Part shown: positions 25,285 to 38,182 of the stretch, in pieces | Position numbering within the stretch: the stretch's first letter is position 1 | How the letters are laid out: the number at the start of each line of letters is the position of its first letter | From: Anolis carolinensis | Taxonomy: Eukaryota | Assembly: GCF_035594765.1 (NCBI RefSeq) | Contig: NC_085843.1 | Coordinates: 19,173,955 to 19,237,954, forward strand | Length of the DNA stretch: 64,000 bases | Direction of reading: 5' to 3' | Program-made: the position numbers and the translations under genes | The notes under the pieces: model-generated | Told to the model about the DNA's origin: nothing | Database searches by the model: none | What the model saw: the letters and a program-made list of their open reading frames with translations, nothing else

Positions 25285-26390
25285 TGTCAAGAGTCAGATG
25301 CCAGTTAACATACAAAACAAAGTTTATTCCGAAGATAAGCCAAAAAATAACATAAACACAGGAAATATCCTTGAAACACTTCACTTTTCAGTGTTTCGAG
25401 AGTAGATCGGACAATAACAACTCAAAAACGAGCCACTCTAATTCCCCATGCTGGCATTCAATAAAAAACTAAATAACGCTTCAATTCAGCTTTGGAAAAC
25501 AAATAGTGTTAATTGCTAGAAAATAAACAAACTAGAAAAGCAGTAAAGCTGCTTCCACGGTGCAGATAAGCCGAGAGCCTCAAAGGGATGATGAATAGCC
25601 GTCGTCAGAAGAATCCAAGGTCAGGTCAGGAGGCAGCAGAAATTCCGAAAGACAAACCAATAGTCAGAAGCCGGGAGTAGCCGTCAGTCAGAGGGCGTAG
25701 ACAGAAGCCAGGTCAAATTCAATCCAAAGTCCAAAGAGGGTGCAGTCATCCAAAACAGGTCCACGATAAGACACAGCGAGAGCCAAGCTAGATGATATCA
25801 GCAAATTCAAATCATAGTCCGAGTCCAGTCTTCATGGAAACACAGAGATCCCAATGGCGCCTCAGCAACACCTTGCCACACGCAAAGTGCAGTGGCCAAA
25901 CATTCCCATTTTATTCCCCTTCCTCCTGGGTGACCAAACACTCACACCCAAACACCAGGTGTCCCAAATCTACTCAGAGTCTGAACTCCACACAGCTAGA
26001 GCTCGTGGATCTGGAGTACCTAGCAATTCGTCGGAGTCCCAATCATCCTGCCCACACTTAGCCCCATGAACACTTAAAGAACCATCCTCCCTTCTCCAAG
26101 CATCCCAATTGGGATCAGCTCCTGCAGAAACCCCAGGTTCAGAAGTATCCATAAGCCCCAAATCCCCAGACATCTCCGGTGGCTGTGCCCATTCAGTGCC
26201 TGCTTCCCCAGCCACCACCTGTTCCTCAGCATCCATCTCCCCATCTGAATCTTCCTCAGAAGATCCCCCATATAGCTCTCTAAGTCGCTTCCTGCGCAAC
26301 TCCTCCAGTGAACCCTCATCACGAGGGTTTTTTCTTCCTCTTCGAATTCCATCACCATCAACCATAATCCCCGAAGGCGCAGTCACAACA
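25285..26390 (-). repeat. 5' LTR
   Basis: Direct repeat of 19884-20989; 11 substitutions and no indels by manual comparison. Confidence 0.97.
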
Positions 26391-27608
26391 AAGACAATGG
26401 CAAATGTTCAATGCCAAAAAACCAAAAACAACATATAACAAATCAAAAACAGACTCAATAAGAATTATAATAGTATAAATAAACATAGCATAGCACATCC
26501 CACACTTTCCAACATAAGTTATTAAAAGCTCTTAGAAAGTTCAGCTAAAAATCATTTTTAAAGCTAAGGTGGTATAAGTTAATAGACAAAGGTAGGTAGT
26601 AGTCACTTCCGCAAGAATATATATCGAGATATAGTCATACTACTTAAATATACTATTTTAAAACCTGAAGGAACATTTCTCTAGCAATAACTAGATTCTC
26701 CAGTTCGAAGTTATGGTCACATCCCAGTGAAAGCTAAATACAGAATTGCACTGAAGAATCTAGAGATTCCTAGAGATAAAATGTTAATCAAATCTATAAA
26801 AGTCAAACCTGAAAAGGAGGAAAATTGACTTGTTACTTTTTTACCTATGCTAAAAAGGTAAAAAAAAAATATTTTTCTAATTCGGTTCATTAAAAATGTA
26901 TGTGGCTTTAAGGACTTTTTTTTAGCTTTATGACACACAAGGCAGACTAGTGCACTAACCACTTTATGTCTAGATTTAACTAACTCATCCCCAATGATTA
27001 AGGCTCTCCATGTCCATTGGAACTCTAGAAAATTAAGGTATCAACCAATGTGGTTCTGGATGCTTTCTGCTTCAGATTGTTACTTTGTATACATAGGGAG
27101 GGCAGTGAACTGCATGTGGGTGGACAAGCTTTTGAGAACAAAACTATACAGATAGGATCAACAACAGAAACCCATTATTTCCCCGTACTAGGTATACTGC
27201 ATGATTTATTACAGAACATGATGTGGGAATCCAACACGAAAAATGTTGTTTCTCCAGCCTTCTTGCATTGCCCTTCCCGTGGGGATGCTGCTAAAAAGGG
27301 CCAAAGTGGAGAAAGGACAAGAAAGAAAAGGGGGCTGAGAACATAAAATACACCATTTGCATAAAGGAGCTTCTTTCTTAGGAGCTTTGTTAACTGGGTT
27401 ATGCCTCTATAGTGCTCATTGCTCTTTTGGATTCCTCTCACTTCTATACAATGTGAAATGCTTTCAAAGTGGAGAAATAATGCACAGAAGTCTTTGAGCA
27501 ACAAAATTAAAACTGTTACATTTAGGAAAGTATTTCAACTTGAAATATTTAGAAAGACGTGTTACCTTAAAAGAAATAGCAATGAGTAACAGATTAAAAT
27601 AGGTTTAC

Positions 27609-27712
27609 CTTCTCAGCTGTCTGAAAATACTGCTTTACAAGATCCTCAACCCTCAAAGTTGTTCCCTCTGATGCGGGCTTGCAAACCAGTTTTCCAAAAT
27701 TCATCTCATCTT
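27609..27712 (-). CDS. MRE11: MRE11 exon 12 (DEMNFGKL...[16 protein letters not shown])
   Basis: 104 nt, AG/GT bounded, frame preserved. Confidence 0.96.
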
Positions 27713-28500
27713 CTAAGAAATTGGAAAGAAAAGCAAATTGTGATTCATTTTGAGAAAATAGTGTTCTCTGTCAGAGATGCTTTGAATGTGCCTTTCCTGC
27801 TTCTTGGCAGAGGGTTGTACTGGATGGTCCGTGAGGTCTCTTCCAACTTTTATGATTCTATGACTCTATAGATTTGTCACCAAATATAGGGACAGCCTAC
27901 AAATCCTTGTTTTACTGAACTACTGCAAGACTACTAGGCTTCTTCCACCCTGAGTATCTTCATGACTGCATGACCATTGATAATAGCTGCCCAATGTGAT
28001 CCTAGATAACTTGCCTCAAAAGACAAGGGCCAGAATCCAATGGAGAGGCTCAGCTAACCAAATTGATTCCATCAGACTTGAAAGGAAGGAAGGGAGTCCC
28101 CTCTTCACCTTGAAATCTGTCTCTGGAGAGCTGAGAGGAAAGCCAAGTATCAGCTAGTGTGACATTTAGTGCAAATCATTTTTTGAAAGTTTTAAATAGT
28201 TATTAAATCATAGTGATTATCAGATATTTCTCTAAAATGTCTTCTATCACCCAGACCTTGAGGTCCAGTTTTTGTCCCTCAGTGTGAGCAATTAATACGG
28301 GCGTGATAAAGGCAGCAGAACCTAAAGGCATTACTTGAAACTTTTTTTAGGTAAATAGGTCCATGAAGATACATAACCACAATGCTTCACTAATTTTTTA
28401 AAAAACTTCTGGTGAATGCCATTTTCCCTAACAACAATTTTTTGATTACTGCAACTCTGAAGAAGCTACACAGGGTAATTTGTGTTTACTTCCTATTTAC

Positions 28501-28627
28501 CGTTTTTCTCTTTTTGTTCCCGATGCCTGAAAAAATGTATGATGTCTTTTGGATTAGCCACCCGATCCATGTATTTTTGGCTGAAACGAACAACACTGAA
28601 TGGTTCAAAGCCTCCGCTGTAGTCTAC
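28501..28627 (-). CDS. MRE11: MRE11 exon 11 ([37 protein letters not shown]...)
   Basis: 127 nt, AG/GT bounded. Confidence 0.96.
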
Positions 28628-28805
28628 CTTGAAAAAAAATAGGGGGAAAAGAGAAAGCAGTGTAATATGTAAAATCCATCACTTAGCTGAATGCATTTGG
28701 TAAATTTTTGCCCAAAACATTGGGAAGAACCTCCTGCTGGTTAAGAGTTGTTTAACAGTCAAATAGATTGCCTTGGAGGAAAACTCTCTAACTCCTCTAA
28801 CAGGA

Positions 28806-28930
28806 TCATAGAATCATAGAATAGTAAAATTGGAAGAGACCTCATGGGCCATCCAGTCCAACCCCCTGCCAAGAAGCAGGAAATCGCATTCAAAGCACCC
28901 CCGACAGATGGCCATCCAGCCTCTGTTTAA
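28806..28930 (-). mobile_element. CR1 3' end
   Basis: ATTCTATG tail; nearly identical to the CR1 at 22583. Confidence 0.85.
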
Positions 28931-29167
28931 GAGCCAGGGGGCTGCACTCCCTGCCAAACACTCCACATTGCCTTGGAAGGGAAATTTAAACTCAAATTGC
29001 ACAATGTTTTTGATCCCTCGACTCTCAACTTCTTTTGGGGGGCTTACTTCCTCACCTCTTAAATCAACTTTTGTTGTTTGTTGTGTACCTGTAAGCTGTT
29101 TCCACTTTCAGGCAAATGTACTACAGGGTCCTCTTGATAAAATTTGTTTAGAGGATGATGATGACTA

Positions 29168-29169
29168 TG

Positions 29170-29227
<58 letters not shown>
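29168..29227. repeat. (TAA)n microsatellite at the tail of an L2-type repeat
   Basis: Directly visible. Confidence 0.95.
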
Positions 29228-29228
<1 letters not shown>

Positions 29229-29630
29229 TCTTTATTTATATCCCGCTTTTCTGCCTCACAGAACCTAAAATGGCTTACAACATATTCAAATCATATAAAC
29301 AACTATCCAAATACATCAACAATAAGTTGAAACAACTATAATATACATTCACATGGCATCATGTCAGGTTATATTGCACTTTGTTCCAGTCCATAACATT
29401 ATGGCGTTTCTTGTCACTCCAGATTAATTTCTTTCACTGAAGACCTATCTAAACAAGAAAGTTTTTAATTAGTTCTTAAAAAGACGAAAGGGAGGGAGCT
29501 GTTTTAATTTCTTTTGGGAGGGTGTTTTGGGAGGATGTTTGCCACTACCTTCCTCTGAGGTCCAAAGAATGTGGCTTACCGAAGACCACCCAGTGGGTTT
29601 TATGACTGAGCAGAAATTAAAACTCTAGAG

Positions 29631-29743
29631 TAGGAATGGGCCTTCCAAGTGTTTTGGACTTCAACTCTCACAATTCCTAACAGCCTACCAGTGTTAGGAA
29701 TTGAAGTCCAAAACACCTGGAGGGCCAAAGTTACCCATGCCTG
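29631..29743. mobile_element. hAT (Charlie-like) MITE
   Basis: Perfect 8-bp TSD CTCTAGAG; related to 40820-40953. Confidence 0.78.
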
Positions 29744-30217
29744 CTCTAGAGTAATGCACTACATAGGTCCATCTAGCCAATCACACTAACTCTTAAAACA
29801 GCCTAAGTGATATGGAAAAAGGGGCTCTATTAGGGGCTGGAGGGGGCACTCTTAGTTTATAAACAAAAACTTTATTTGTTCCAATTCAAGGAGGGGCAAA
29901 AAAATTATCTTGGGTAGCCACATACAGTATTTAGCCACCATGTATATTATATTATAGAAGATACTCTATTCTTAATATTTCATACAAACATCAGGCATAT
30001 CAGGACATATTTTCACTACCAATAATCACATATATTTTTCTTTCTAGACAGCTGCTCTGATATGAGGCAGGCGGTAGCTTTAGGAAACATCCCTATATGA
30101 TATCGGTACTGTATATCTCCCAATGCAAGATCTTGGCTCATAGCTCACTAACCAGATGTTTGATGCATAGATTAAATAAGCTATTTAATAGGAATTAATG
30201 TATTGGCGACATCTTAC

Positions 30218-30298
30218 TCGCAATCTTATCAGAGGCTTCTCTGGTTGTCGTGGATTTCCAAGACGTTCTCTTTCTGAATTGTCCAGCATAGATTCAAC
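30218..30298 (-). CDS. MRE11: MRE11 exon 10 ([27 protein letters not shown])
   Basis: 81 nt, AG/GT bounded, phase 0/0. Confidence 0.96.
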
Positions 30299-31106
30299 CT
30301 TTTAAAAAAGACAAAAAAAAAACATGGATTAATACAAAAATATTGCATACAATTATTATTTCTTATTGTGAAAAATGTTTAAGCTATTGTTTCTGAAAAT
30401 ATTTAGTACAGATCTCTGATCTAAAGCCAATATTACACATATAAAGGAAACTGAAAGACTAATATAAAATATGCTGAATGGCCTTGTTACAGCAGGAACA
30501 CTATTAGAATAGTATGTCTAAATTGTACAGATCAACACTACTGTGCCATAGCATTAAGAATAGCTACATGACTTCTCCGCTACTTACTGGGACCTCATAT
30601 TTATTAATATTAAGCAATATCTGTGTGTGTTTTTTCCTCACTAGATGTACTTTACCTTCATTCCTGCTGAAATTCATTTTGTTTCTGTTGGCCTACTTCT
30701 CCAATCTGTTACTGGCCGCAAAATAATTTTAATAACTACTAAATGAATTGTAATTGTGGTTTATATAAATTTATGTTTTATGTGTTTATAATTTGCAAAT
30801 AAATTTGTGAAAAATCAGACAATGTGATTTTCTGGATGTGTTTTCTCAAGTTGTCTTTCATAGTTGAGGTCTACCTGTGATGTCAATTACAGGCCTCTCT
30901 CATCTTTTTATGTGGGAGAACTTGTACAATTGGTATCTGACTAAATACTCTACCCCCCACTGTATTGTAGACTAAAGAATGAAGAATTTATTTGTACTTA
31001 GGCTTGAAGGAAACCAAATCAGATAAAGTTAACCTTAACATTAAATTAGGGCCATGATGTCCTCATAAATTCTGCAATAGAAATTACATTCACTTTAAAA
31101 AAATAC

Positions 31107-31278
31107 CTTCTCCATGCAGAAAGCTTGTATTGCTTGTGTTACTTTAGGATTGTCAGGGTTAAAGATGTCTGGATGGTCAGCAAGAATAATATCTTCAATG
31201 TAAAATGGGCGTACTGTCTGTAGAGGGATCTTCTGCAGATTCATTTTTTTGCCTTTAATGCGCAGCAAGCCAACATGC
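31107..31278 (-). CDS. MRE11: MRE11 exon 9 ([11 protein letters not shown]...AFCMEK)
   Basis: Within ORF 31095..31370; 172 nt; AG/GT bounded. Confidence 0.97.
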
Positions 31279-31465
31279 CTGGAACACATTAAGCAAATCA
31301 TTTTGTAAACATGTTGGTGGAATGAAAACAAGTGAGTTACTCCCAAGACAATAGTGAACAAATAACACAAAACAGTATGTAAAAGTAATGAATGTATTTG
31401 TTTACGTTATCCTGCCTTTTTCTTGATTCAAGGCATCTAACAGCAGATATAACATGATGCAATTA

Positions 31466-31708
<243 letters not shown>

Positions 31709-32712
31709 TCAATAGAAACAAACAATCCAATATGAGAAATTCTGCATATTAAGCTAAAGCACTCTAATTAAAAAGAACTTCATACCCCCACAATAGTAAA
31801 TTTCAGTATCACTTTGTCAAAAATAACTGTCACAAACAAATTTCAAACATTTAAAATGGGTCAATGGAAATATAACACTTCATTGTTTGAAAAGACAAAT
31901 TCAGCTTCAACAGATACTTTACACAGAAAATGAGATGTAATTCTGTATCTGTGAAAATATTGAAACTGTTGATTTCAGAATCCTTATAGACAGGTGACTT
32001 ACTGGGGATCAAGTTTTGAAGTGAACTAATTAAAATTCAAAAAAGGTCCACAAGCTTGACACTGTGTTTGTGTCAGGAAAGACACTGTGTTTGTATCAGA
32101 TTCCAAAGTGAGCAGACAGCAAGAGGTAGGAGATTTGGTCATGGGTACTCATTTCAAGTCAACTGGATCATGGAAATAATGTGTGCCTATATGACTCAGT
32201 GGAGCAACATTCTGCTCAGATGGAGGAATTAATCCTGGAGTAAGTCATTTACAGCAAAGCAGTCTTCCTTTGGATCTCAGGTCACTTGATCTCACTGAGC
32301 TAATCACCTGCAGTTACCTTTGCTAGCCATTATAAGAGAGCGGCTTCAGTACAGCAAAAGCAGGTGTGTCTGCAAGATATTTTAGTAACAGAGAACCAGC
32401 CACATGTACCCGGCTGCCTCAGTCCCCTGGTTCTTCATCATTTCTTATCACTCAATGTTTTCTGCATAATCTGTAAGAGTGCAGCCACATAATAAATTCA
32501 GATGACACACACTGTAATTTAGAAAAATAAAGAAAAGAGGGACCCACAAAAATATTTTATCTTAACACTCTGGGCCTTGACATGTCCCTATACATAGTAC
32601 GAGACTCTTGAATTTGTTGCATGCTTCAAAAGCAGTTTGGAAACTGTGGTATGGTATGCCTCTTTACATATTAAACAACACAGTATTTAGCCTTAACTAA
32701 TAGAAGCAGTAC

Positions 32713-32827
32713 CTGTTCTGATGAAGTACAAACAGATTAAACCAAGAATCTCCATCTTCCTTTGGCCTCAGCATGGTGACTTGCTTATTCACAAACATTC
32801 GGTACAACCTCTCATCTGGAATAGACC
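32713..32827 (-). CDS. MRE11: MRE11 exon 7 ([15 protein letters not shown]...LFVLHQN)
   Basis: 115 nt, AG/GT bounded, HQN motif IV. Confidence 0.97.
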
Positions 32828-33570
32828 CTGGAACAGAGGCAATTAAAGAACTGACAGTAGGTTTTTAATGATAAAAATGCTGAAAATGACATAGTTTTTC
32901 AGCAAGGTTACCAGCAAGTCAATACAGTTTGGTATAACTCCCCTATAATTTGTTACTTAAATATTTGTCAGTTAAGTATCATCACTGCCACAACATGGAT
33001 GCATAAGATACACAATAGTGGCACAACAGAGGCTGTATTATTTGCTAATGTTGAAACTGGTAGCTTTAAAGCAGTGTTATATGCTCTAGACATAAAAAAA
33101 ATAACAGTGCTATGACTTTCAGGGAAGGAAGGAGCACTGAGCTTGGTGAGATAGATGCAAGGCAATTTACCACTGCCAGATTACCAAAGCAAGTTAAAAA
33201 GGCAAGCATCTATAGCTCCAACATTCATTTGGTTGGCTATATGACCTCCATGTAGCAATCTTGACAATAGGAAGTTAAATATTACTATTATTAGCACTGA
33301 TAGTATTAATAGTACTGTGACATTAATGTCTAGCCTTTCTGAAACATATTATTAGCCCAAATCATTTACGTATATAGCGTCAACAAATCTACATGGTGCT
33401 TTACAATAAAAGAAAAACGATCTCCAACTACATGCCTTCTAGCTGGGGAACAACTTTCACATTTCCACAAATTGCAAATTGTAGTCCAACACATCTGGAG
33501 AATATTCCATGGGAAAGGCTGTTTACTCTTAAGACATCATGCCATGATTAAGTCTTTTCAAGAAACCTAC

Positions 33571-33712
33571 CCAATCCATATAAAGCCATTTTTGATTTGC
33601 CTTTCTGAAGCAAAACAGGACTAATGTCTATCTTCTCTACAGATGGAGATCGTCCAAAATGATTCAGAAGCCCTGCACAGCTCAAAATGTCCAAAGCACA
33701 AAGAGCATCTGC
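33571..33712 (-). CDS. MRE11: MRE11 exon 6 ([14 protein letters not shown]...ALYGL)
   Basis: Within ORF 33548..33745; 142 nt; AG/GT bounded. Confidence 0.97.
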
Positions 33713-34492
33713 CTGTAAGAGAGACAGAAGAGTAATGACAATCAATGTTCATTTCTCATAGCCTGGCCTTGGGTGGATCTACACTGCAAATTAAATGCAA
33801 TTTGACACATAGCCCAATGCTATGGAATTCTGGGAATTTTAGTTTTCCAACGTCATTCATTCTACAGTGTAGATATTCCCTAAGTCACCCACTGCCTTTA
33901 CCAGATTCCTGAACATTCAAAACAATAAATAAAAAGCCCAGCTAAATATATCTTATAAGGTCATGTTGCCTACAACAAATAAGAACAGGTTCCATTCAAC
34001 TAAACAAAGAGCTATTTTCTAACAGAAAAAATTATTTTCTTCTCCAGGTCTTTAAATGTGTAACAGAAAGATATGTAAATATATACTGCAATATATTATC
34101 TTTTGTGATAGTACATTTGTGAAACTATTAAAGAAGATGAACTAAACTCAATTTAGAATCTTATATGTTTACATTTAAGAAAATATGCTTACCCTGTCTT
34201 AACAAACAAACTGCATTATTCAGCCATACATTTATTTTCCATCTCTTAATAAGCATGAGCCTTCTTCACAATAATAAATCATTAAAAAGAACCTGAATCC
34301 AATGTTGGAAGCCACAAAATCTTTCCTGATTGTAATGTATTTAAATATTAATGCTGAGAGTGCATGCTGAATCTCATTTCGGCATTTAGGTATACACTTG
34401 CTGGGATGTAATTTTTACTGCTAACCAGGTTTACCAGTATTTCTAGTAATTCCTACAGCCTACTCATTGCTTATCTGTCTTAACATTCTTAC

Positions 34493-34580
34493 CCCTGTGG
34501 GATCATCGTGGTTTCCATGAATGCTAAAGACTGGAGTGGAGATGTTGAGATTTCCATCTTGGTAGTTTACCCATGGAAAC
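34493..34580 (-). CDS. MRE11: MRE11 exon 5 ([29 protein letters not shown])
   Basis: 88 nt, GNHD motif III, AG/GT bounded. Confidence 0.97.
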
Positions 34581-35176
34581 CTGAACAGAAGAGCAAATGT
34601 CAACATCCTTATGAACAAAAATATCACTGCTCACTACATAGGTCCTGTACAAATGAATACAATTTTGTTGTATTATTCTGAAAAAACAGTTACATTCAAT
34701 GTTTCCATTGGTGGAACCTAAACCACATAACCAGTGCTCTCTATGGAGGAAAGAGATGTTATTCCCTCCACCTTGATTTCTTCTTCCCTTTAAAATCTAC
34801 TCCAAATGATGATAGGACCCTTGCCAATGTGTGGGAGGTGTTGTCAGAAGCTGCAGAAGGAATTCACTTCTACTATCTAAAAATCACTCCCACTATCTAA
34901 CAAGAATCTTGGCTGAATCTGTCACTTTTACAAATGCAAGGAAGCTTCTTTTTTCAGATGGTAGTAACATCAAGGAAGAACTCTGGAGCAAAATGACCAT
35001 GGAGGACTCCTCCTCCTCCCTGCCTCACAAAAAATAGTGGCTCCACCTTACCAATTTTAAAACTAGTGCATAACTATCTGAGGAGTTCCAGATAGTCAGA
35101 AATAAGATGTTCAGAATCCAAAATCACTAAAAGCATTACTGATTGCAATAGGAATTTTATTTCTTTAATTAAAATA

Positions 35177-35583
35177 CAGGCAGTTCTGAGTTATACACAT
35201 CCAACTTACAAAAGACTCATAGTTAAGAATGGAACTGAGACAACAGGAAGTGAGAGAAATCTACTCCTAGAAAGAGAAATTCATTCCTGTAAGAATTATT
35301 ATGGGAAAAGGAGGTCTCAAGTGAAGCTTTATCACCAATTCTTGTTTTCGCAAGCCAGATTTTTCAAATTTTCATTTTCGCAGGGACAGAAAGTGAGGTG
35401 AAATCTTCTAAACAGGGGCACAGACAGCACATAGGAGTGTTAACCCTTCCCTATGCTATCCAAAGCTTTTAAAAAACATATATTTGGCTGGAGCTACACT
35501 TAAAAATGTACCTGTTCTGACTTGCATACAAATTCAACTAAAGAACAAACCCACAAAATGTTTGTAACTTGGGGGACTGCCTG
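35177..35583. mobile_element. Tc1/mariner-pogo-type non-autonomous DNA transposon
   Basis: TA-CAGGCAGT ... ACTGCCTG-TA termini. Confidence 0.7.
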
Positions 35584-36002
35584 TACTGACGCCCTAGTTG
35601 GTATCTTATTGTCCATCATGGTGATGGACAATAAGATCAATTTAGCCAATTTAAAGTAAGCTAAGAATGCAGACGTAACAAACATAAACATTTATTCAGC
35701 AATGTGACAAGTTAAAGCAAGACAATTTAATAAAATCATTTCAAAAACAATGCATTTGCAGATTTTGTCAGAACAAATTAGCCTTTAATAAAGAGCCATG
35801 TTTCTATAATGTGCTAGAATTAAGTGGATGTCAACACCATTCAAGCTCTGAATGTATTCCACAAGTAATGCAAAATAGGAAAAAACATCTTTTTCACAGT
35901 CTCCACAGAACACAGAGATCCCTTTTCCACACTCCATTCTCTGCATTCAACTTGAATTAGAAACTTTTCAAGTGACTGTTATTATCCAAGGAAATCTACT
36001 TA

Positions 36003-36164
<162 letters not shown>

Positions 36165-37015
36165 CTATAGCAATGAAAAAAAAACCCCTCCTTAACATGT
36201 CTGCTCATATTCAGTCCTAGACATATAAATTGCTCCGAAAGGCTTTTAAGACCTAAAATAGGTTAATAAAAACAAAATCCCAGGTCTAAAAAATTAGCTT
36301 CTCACTATTACACAAATCCTTACAAAGGTTATTTAATGAAGACCTCCAAAGTACAAAAAATACAAAAGGAAGGGAAGTTTAACTGGGAATTCACTGCCAT
36401 TCTTTTTAAAACACTATTTTACTGTGAACTAATTAGAATGTTGGTACTTTTTGTATATTGTTCATGTTTGCCTCTTCACGGATGTCAGAGTGGCTAACAC
36501 ACTGAGTACCATCTGTACATTGCTTGTTCATCATTTTGTGTGAATAGGAAACTTTCTTCTTCAACAAGTCAGTACTAAGTCATACTTCTTGTGGCTTTAT
36601 TGCTCTGGCACGTCAAGGAAAATACAGGCAATAAGCCACAAACGTGGCTTTTGTTGTCTCTGAGCAATGCTGCTAAAAAACATAACTTCTATCAAATGAG
36701 TAACTATTCAGTTTTAGAAAAAAAAACCTCTTAAAAATAAAGCCATCATCTGTAGTTATGAACCATAAACATTTTGTGCACTTCCCAAACCAGTTAAATT
36801 GTATGGCAATACAAACAATACTTTATTACAAACCCAGTTCTCAACAAAAGGAGAAGCCTTCCAGGATGGATATGACCACAGACTATCATAGAGGTCAAAT
36901 ACAATGTTGCATATAACACTATATAACACAATTTGGGGAAAAAAATCTGTTCCTAGTTTGAAAGTGTTATTTCCTGTGAAGTTTTTGGAAACAGTTGTTA
37001 TACTCCAGAAACTTA

Positions 37016-37311
37016 CCGTATTTTTCGCTTTATAAGACGCACTTTTTTCCCCTCCAAAATAGAGGGGGAAAGTCAGTGCGTCTTATAAACGCAATCTGCG
37101 TCCAGGAAGGGAGAATGGGGCGATCTGTGCCGTTCGCGCGTGCGGACGGCACAGATCGCCCCATTCTCCCTTCCTGGCGATCTGCGTCCAGGAAGGGAGA
37201 ATGGGGCGATCTGTGCCGTTCGCACGCGCGGACGGCACAGATCGCCCCATTCTCCCTTCCTGGCGATCTGCGTCTTATCATCAGGTGCGTCCTATAAAGC
37301 GAAAAATACGG
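37016..37311. mobile_element. TA-flanked MITE with two tandem internal palindromes, nested in an older element (about 36917-37538)
   Basis: TIRs CCGTATTTTTCGCTTTATAAGACGCAC / GTGCGTCCTATAAAGCGAAAAATACGG; TA TSD. Confidence 0.88.
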
Positions 37312-37907
37312 TAGTTTTTGTGACTGCCACAAACTATGCAGAATTTGTTGAGACTCTATGACACATTAATTGAAAAACTCTATGACACATTAATTGAAAA
37401 ACTATAGAAACATGTGCTGCATGATGTCTTGCAAAAACCAAGTTTTTGCAGTTTAATAAACTTTTCCCAAGTTTTTATGATAGAACCAACTAGGGAATGA
37501 CATTTATAACCCAGGAACAAAAATTGTGTTACATAGTGTATTTATTTATTTAGGAGATCTCTATGCCACCTTTTTCCAGGTGGACTCAAGGTGGCTCACA
37601 TCATTTTAAGATATACATCATAACACAAAACCAAAGATAAAATAAATGATAAAAGTTCCAAGAATGCTCTATAGCATCATCCATATTATAAACAATAAAA
37701 TTAAAATCAGTTTAAAATTCCCCATACGACCATAATGTGCTTAGTAAAGGGTATTTCAAACAGGAAAGTGTAGTCAATGAAAGGAACAAGAGATGTTTTC
37801 AACAGAGTAAACATTTCTGGAGTGTTTTCAAGAGACTAAACTTCTTATTTCTATGAAATATCCTTGCTTTCAATTGTAACTTTATTAAGTGATTAAAGCC
37901 GACTTGC

Positions 37908-38046
37908 CTCATGGTCTTGAGCAAGTTTCAAGATTTCATCGAAAGTTACAAATGTATCATTTCCACGGGCAGCATCCTTCTCCAAATACCCAAGATGAAT
38001 ATCGGTAGCAACTAAAATTTTAAATGTGTCTTTTTCGTCTTCATCC
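37908..38046 (-). CDS. MRE11: MRE11 exon 3 ([19 protein letters not shown]...LAQDHE; phosphoesterase motif I)
   Basis: Manual translation matches the MRE11 N-terminus; acceptor ttttag; donor GAG|GCAAGT (GC type). Confidence 0.95.
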
Positions 38047-38182
38047 CTAAAACAAAAAGTATGAGAAATAATACTGTGACTGCATATTATCGCTTCTTAC
38101 TGTAATAAGTTATTTTGCAAAGTCATAGACTGAATTTATAGAACTTTGCTAATGTACAGTCCTGCTCATTTGATAAAATCAC

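Larger units (their letters stand above)
19884..26390 (-). mobile_element. Full-length Ty3/Gypsy LTR retrotransposon of the Tf1/sushi group, in MRE11 intron 12
   Basis: Two TG...CA LTRs of 1106 bp; 5-bp TSD AAGAC (19879-19883 and 26391-26395); gag then PR-RT-RH-IN order; polypurine tract. Confidence 0.97.

Noticed and set aside
37091-37274. Repeat-spacer-like periodicity suggestive of CRISPR or attC arrays
   Set aside because: Eukaryotic intron, no unique spacers, and enclosed by TIRs with a TA TSD; it is a MITE.
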